Shown: positions 60,650-64,000 of the stretch, piece after piece
Layout of the letters: each line of letters opens with the position of its first letter
Numbering within the stretch: position 1 is the first letter of the stretch
DNA from: Macrostomum lignano
Lineage: Eukaryota
Assembly: GCA_002269645.1 (NCBI GenBank)
Contig: NIVC01000376.1
Coordinates: forward strand, 434,001 to 498,000
Direction of reading: 5' to 3'
Length of the DNA: 64,000 bases
Program-made: the position numbers and the translations under genes
The notes under the pieces: model-generated
The model's database searches: none
What the model was told of the DNA's origin: nothing
Seen by the model: only the letters and a program-made list of their open reading frames with translations

Positions 60650-61108
60650 AATAACAACAAAAACAACAACAACAAAGTACGCAGCCCCGCATGCAAGGTC
60701 ACAGTTATAGCAGGGCGCGTCAGATGGCGCGCCGCAAAGCCTGAGAGCGGACAAAGTCCGCTCCGTTGGCAGTGTCGGGCGCCCCAGCGTCGCACAGCAG
60801 CAGTCCACGTATTGGCGGGTTTGGGCCTGACCCCGCCTGAACGGGCCCTGCAAGGTGAGCAGCAGGACGTCCTGAACAGGTTGGGGGCAGTAGCCCTTGG
60901 ATCGGATCACGTGGCCCGCCAGTTGAAGTCGCCGCCAGCGCAGGATGGTGAACGGGCGCTGCAGCTTGGCCCGATCGTACAGGGCCTCGGTAACGGCGTC
61001 AGCCTTGAGTGCGCCGAGTCCAGCTGCCGCTCTAGCGTAGCCGTCAGCGTCTACGTCTCGGCATTGTGGAGCAGGACGGTGTCGACCACCGCCTGCCACA
61101 GCCGTCCG
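60650..61108 (-). mobile_element. 5'-truncated RTE-clade LINE 3' end with (TTG)n tail
   Basis: VDTVLLHNAET*TLTATLERQLDSAH and LRWRRLQLAGHVIR motifs; (AAC)n on the + strand at 60650-60675; candidate TSD AGGGTGT at 60641 and 61109. Confidence 0.75.
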
Positions 61109-61339
61109 AGGGTGTTAATTGCAACCTCGGGCAAACAGGAAAACGGGCAAACACTTGAGGCAGTTTAAGAATCAACAATTTTACAACAACAGCAGCAGCA
61201 CAGCACTGTTAATGATCGATGTTTCAATGAAATTCATGCAAACTCGTAATCCGCTGGCTGCCGAAGAGGCGGGAGGCAAGCTAACGAATGAGTTTATTTA
61301 TCCTTTCGTCTGTAGAAGTGCGAGCAATTAAATAAGGTT

Positions 61340-61432
61340 ATGTAATGTAATGTAATGTAATGTAATGTAATGTAATGTAATGTAATGTAATGTAATGTAA
61401 TGTAATGTAATGTAGTGTAATGTAATGTAATA
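61340..61432. repeat. (TGTAA)n microsatellite
   Basis: Visible pentanucleotide repeat. Confidence 0.9.
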
Positions 61433-61808
61433 ATGTATTTTGAATCTGGCAGAGTTACAACTTTCACCAAAAACATCGCGCTTCTACAAGCTCGTACGAA
61501 AGTGCAGGCGTATGAAACTGGATTACGTTTTTAATTAATATTAGAGTTGAGCTGAAGTAAACTAATCAGTACCGGGTTTCAACCTCCTCTAAAAACCAAA
61601 AATTAGCGCAAAAATATGAAACAAAAAAGTACCAAAAGAACCGTGCATGGACTATGCTACAAAAAATCTACGGGCGTACATCGCCATCAATTGCCATCAC
61701 CATAATAAATAATTGGTATTGCAGTTCTAATTTCAAAAATTAGGTGAAAATTAATTACGCCAGTGCAATCGCTCAATTACGAGTATAGGTTCGCCCGTCC
61801 TGACTCGC

Positions 61809-63792
61809 TCAGGTAAAATCGGACGGACCAACCTCGACTCTTCGAAGTTCCCAATGCCACGGCTCCGATTTCACGGTGCGCACGAACCCAAACATGTGTG
61901 CATTGCCCTTCAGCCACACGTAGACGGCGCTGTCGGCACATTCAGGTGGAGGCCGGTCCCCTGTCTGCTTGCCACAGTTCGTGTTCAGATCGAGAGCCAC
62001 TCCAGTTCCGTGCGGAGAGGTGCCTGGCCTCGCGGCTAGGTTGCCCCCGTTGCAGTTCCGATTCACGTAGCACTCGTACAAATACACTTGGCGTTCGTAG
62101 GAGCGGAAGCCGGAGTTGATGAGAATGGTTACACCGTCGGACTTGGCGGAGCGGGCCATTTGGTCGAAAACAAAAGCTGTGTTCCACTCCATGCGATTGT
62201 CAATCACTGTTTCTGCAGCCAAGTGTTCCGGCAGAATGTACACCAAATTATACTTGATGCCATTGTTGCCTTCCATTTCTTCGACTACAGAGCTCGAATA
62301 TGACCAGCTGGAGACACGGCACTCTCCTTCACTATCAGGCACTATTATAGACGTGTTAAAACTTCTGCATGTTGACTCGGGTTGCGCAGGTGGACAAGTG
62401 CCGTCTTGAAAGATACCTTTGCAACTCCCTTGACCACACTGGTCCTGGTACTGGCCTCTCGGACAGGCCAAGCACTTGCTTCGATCCGTGAGGCCTTGGT
62501 TGCTGTACGTGTTGGGCGGACACTCCTGAGGGCTGAGACCCGGGCTTGGGCAGAAATGCCCAGCTGGACACGGCTTGCAGCGGTCCTGTCCGGTTTGGTC
62601 CTGATATTCCCGGCTGGAGCAGGGCAGGCACTTGGTTCTGTCAGTGGTTTCACTCGTTGAGTAGGTGCCAGTCGGGCACGGTACCGGATCCAGGCTGGGC
62701 TGTGGGCAGTAATGTCCCACTGGACACACCAGACAGTGATTTTGGCCTTGCTGCACTTGATGCGTACCGATGGAGCAGGCAAGACACTCCGTCCTCAGCC
62801 CCATCTCCTTTGTACTGAACATACCTGCCGGGCATGGAATCGGCTTCTCCGTCGTGGTGGGACAGTAATAGCCCTCCCGGACAGATCTGACAGCTGCTTT
62901 GTCCAGGGTCGGGTTGGTATTTACCTGTTTCGCATGGCTTGCAGGTTCCAGCGGCAGTATCCAGATAAGTTCCTGGAGAACAGACCACAGGAGGTGGCAC
63001 AGGAGTGAGGCATTGTCCCTCGGAGCATCTGACACAGCTGATCCTCTCGCTCGGTGAAGAAGAGCTGGTGAATCCCGGTGGACAGGGCACGGGCAAGTTC
63101 TCCTTTTGAGGGCAATAGTGACGGCTCGGGCACAGCACACAGCGGGTTTGTTCCGCTCTACTTTGGTAGTAGCCAGCTTCACAGCTTCTGCAGTTCACAA
63201 GATATTGTGTGTACCTGTAGTAACCATTTTGGTAGCCTGGAGGGCAGGAAATCGAAACATTTTTTGGAGCAGGACATTCGCGACCTTCCGGACAAAGAAG
63301 ACACTTGCTCTGACCGATCTTGTCTTGGTAATAGCCATCAGAACACGTTGCACAGTTCACTCTGTCGTTCGTATGATATCTGCTGACAGTTCCCGCAGGA
63401 CAGGGTATGGCTCTATTCTTCGGAGCCGGGCAGTGTCTTCCCAGAGGACAAGGAAGACACTGTCTCTGGCCAGGCTTGTCTTGGTAGTAGCCATTGGAGC
63501 AACTAGCACAGTTGATTCGATATTCAATGAATCCGTTGTAGCTCTGCATACCTGGCGGACACGGAATCGCTCTAGTTTTTGGAGCTGGACACTTGTGTCC
63601 ATCAGGACACTTGTGGCAGTATTTCTGACCAGGCTTATCTTGGTAGTAGCCATCGGAGCAAGTCCGACAAGCCTGGAATTGTTTACTCCAATATTGGCCC
63701 GGTTTGCATGGCGTCACCTCAGCGGCTTCACCTAAGAATGCTTCTAGGAGTAACAAGGCACCAAATATTTCTATTAGATTGGACACAGCCAT
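61809..63792 (-). CDS. Secreted Cys-rich repeat protein (GCC2_GCC3/ephrin-receptor-like repeats) fused to a C-terminal VanY/M15B D,D-carboxypeptidase-like Zn peptidase; intronless; about 660 aa after removing one extra base at 62876-62878
   Basis: Signal peptide MAVSNLIEIFGALLLLEAFLGEAA; 7 full and 1 partial CxxGYYQDKPGQxxCxxCPxGHxCP..PCPxG units; INSGFRSYERQ, ARPGTSPHGTGVALD, WLKGNAHMFGF, EPWHWE. ORFs 62650-63792 and 61809-63182 join (C-P-E-G-Y-Y-C-P) if CCC at 62876-62878 is CC. Confidence 0.82.
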
Positions 63793-64000
63793 TGTCTCTT
63801 ACTCTGTCAGAAATGCTTGACTCCATGCAAAAAGACCTTATCTATATATACGCATATATATACTTGTTGCAGACAAGAAAACAGGTCTAGTGGAAAGACA
63901 GCCGGATGCAATTGCGCAGAAGATAAGCACTTCAATCAAGCTAGTCATGTAGCGAAACAAACGTGGAAACTCAGCATCTGGTGGTTAAAACGAGCAGGAT

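Noticed and set aside
60116-60651. Degenerate PHD-finger-like ORF (NWCVCQ..WEH..GRWLDP)
   Set aside because: Most Zn-ligand Cys residues are missing, and there is no splice or family support
61830-62190. Hedgehog N-terminal-like domain (same Zn-peptidase fold) fused to SCUBE-like repeats
   Set aside because: The motifs SGFRS, SxHxxGxAxD and EPWH are VanY-type; no Hedgehog-specific sequence (CGPGR, RCK, WDED) is seen

Overview
This is metazoan genomic DNA that is very rich in repeats. The style (GC-rich exons, minisatellite-filled introns, frequent single-base homopolymer indels) resembles the flatworm Macrostomum lignano; the species is an inference. Genes reconstructed by hand from GT-AG sites and reading phase: (1) a compact ZMYM/woc-like DUF3504 gene (5 exons, 11764-17787 +); (2) a 7-cadherin-repeat delta-type protocadherin (5 exons, 34557-43305 +, one -1 frameshift); (3,4) two tandem unorthodox AQP11/12-like aquaporins (47284-49302 and 51947-54824 +); (5) an intronless minus-strand gene (63792-61809, one +1 frameshift). 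Gene 5 encodes a signal peptide and about 7.5 Cys-rich GCC2_GCC3/ephrin-receptor-like repeats, fused to a bacterial-type VanY/M15B Zn peptidase domain with intact catalytic motifs. It is the most interesting item: a probable horizontally acquired peptidoglycan-modifying enzyme domesticated as a secreted animal protein. Mobile DNA includes a full-length 5.8-kb LOA/R1-type LINE (APE-RT-RNaseH) with a 12-bp TSD, two RTE fragments, a tRNA-derived SINE with a 13-bp TSD (relics of its core sit inside protocadherin introns), foldback and hAT-like MITEs with 8-bp TSDs, and more than 20 distinct micro/minisatellite arrays.
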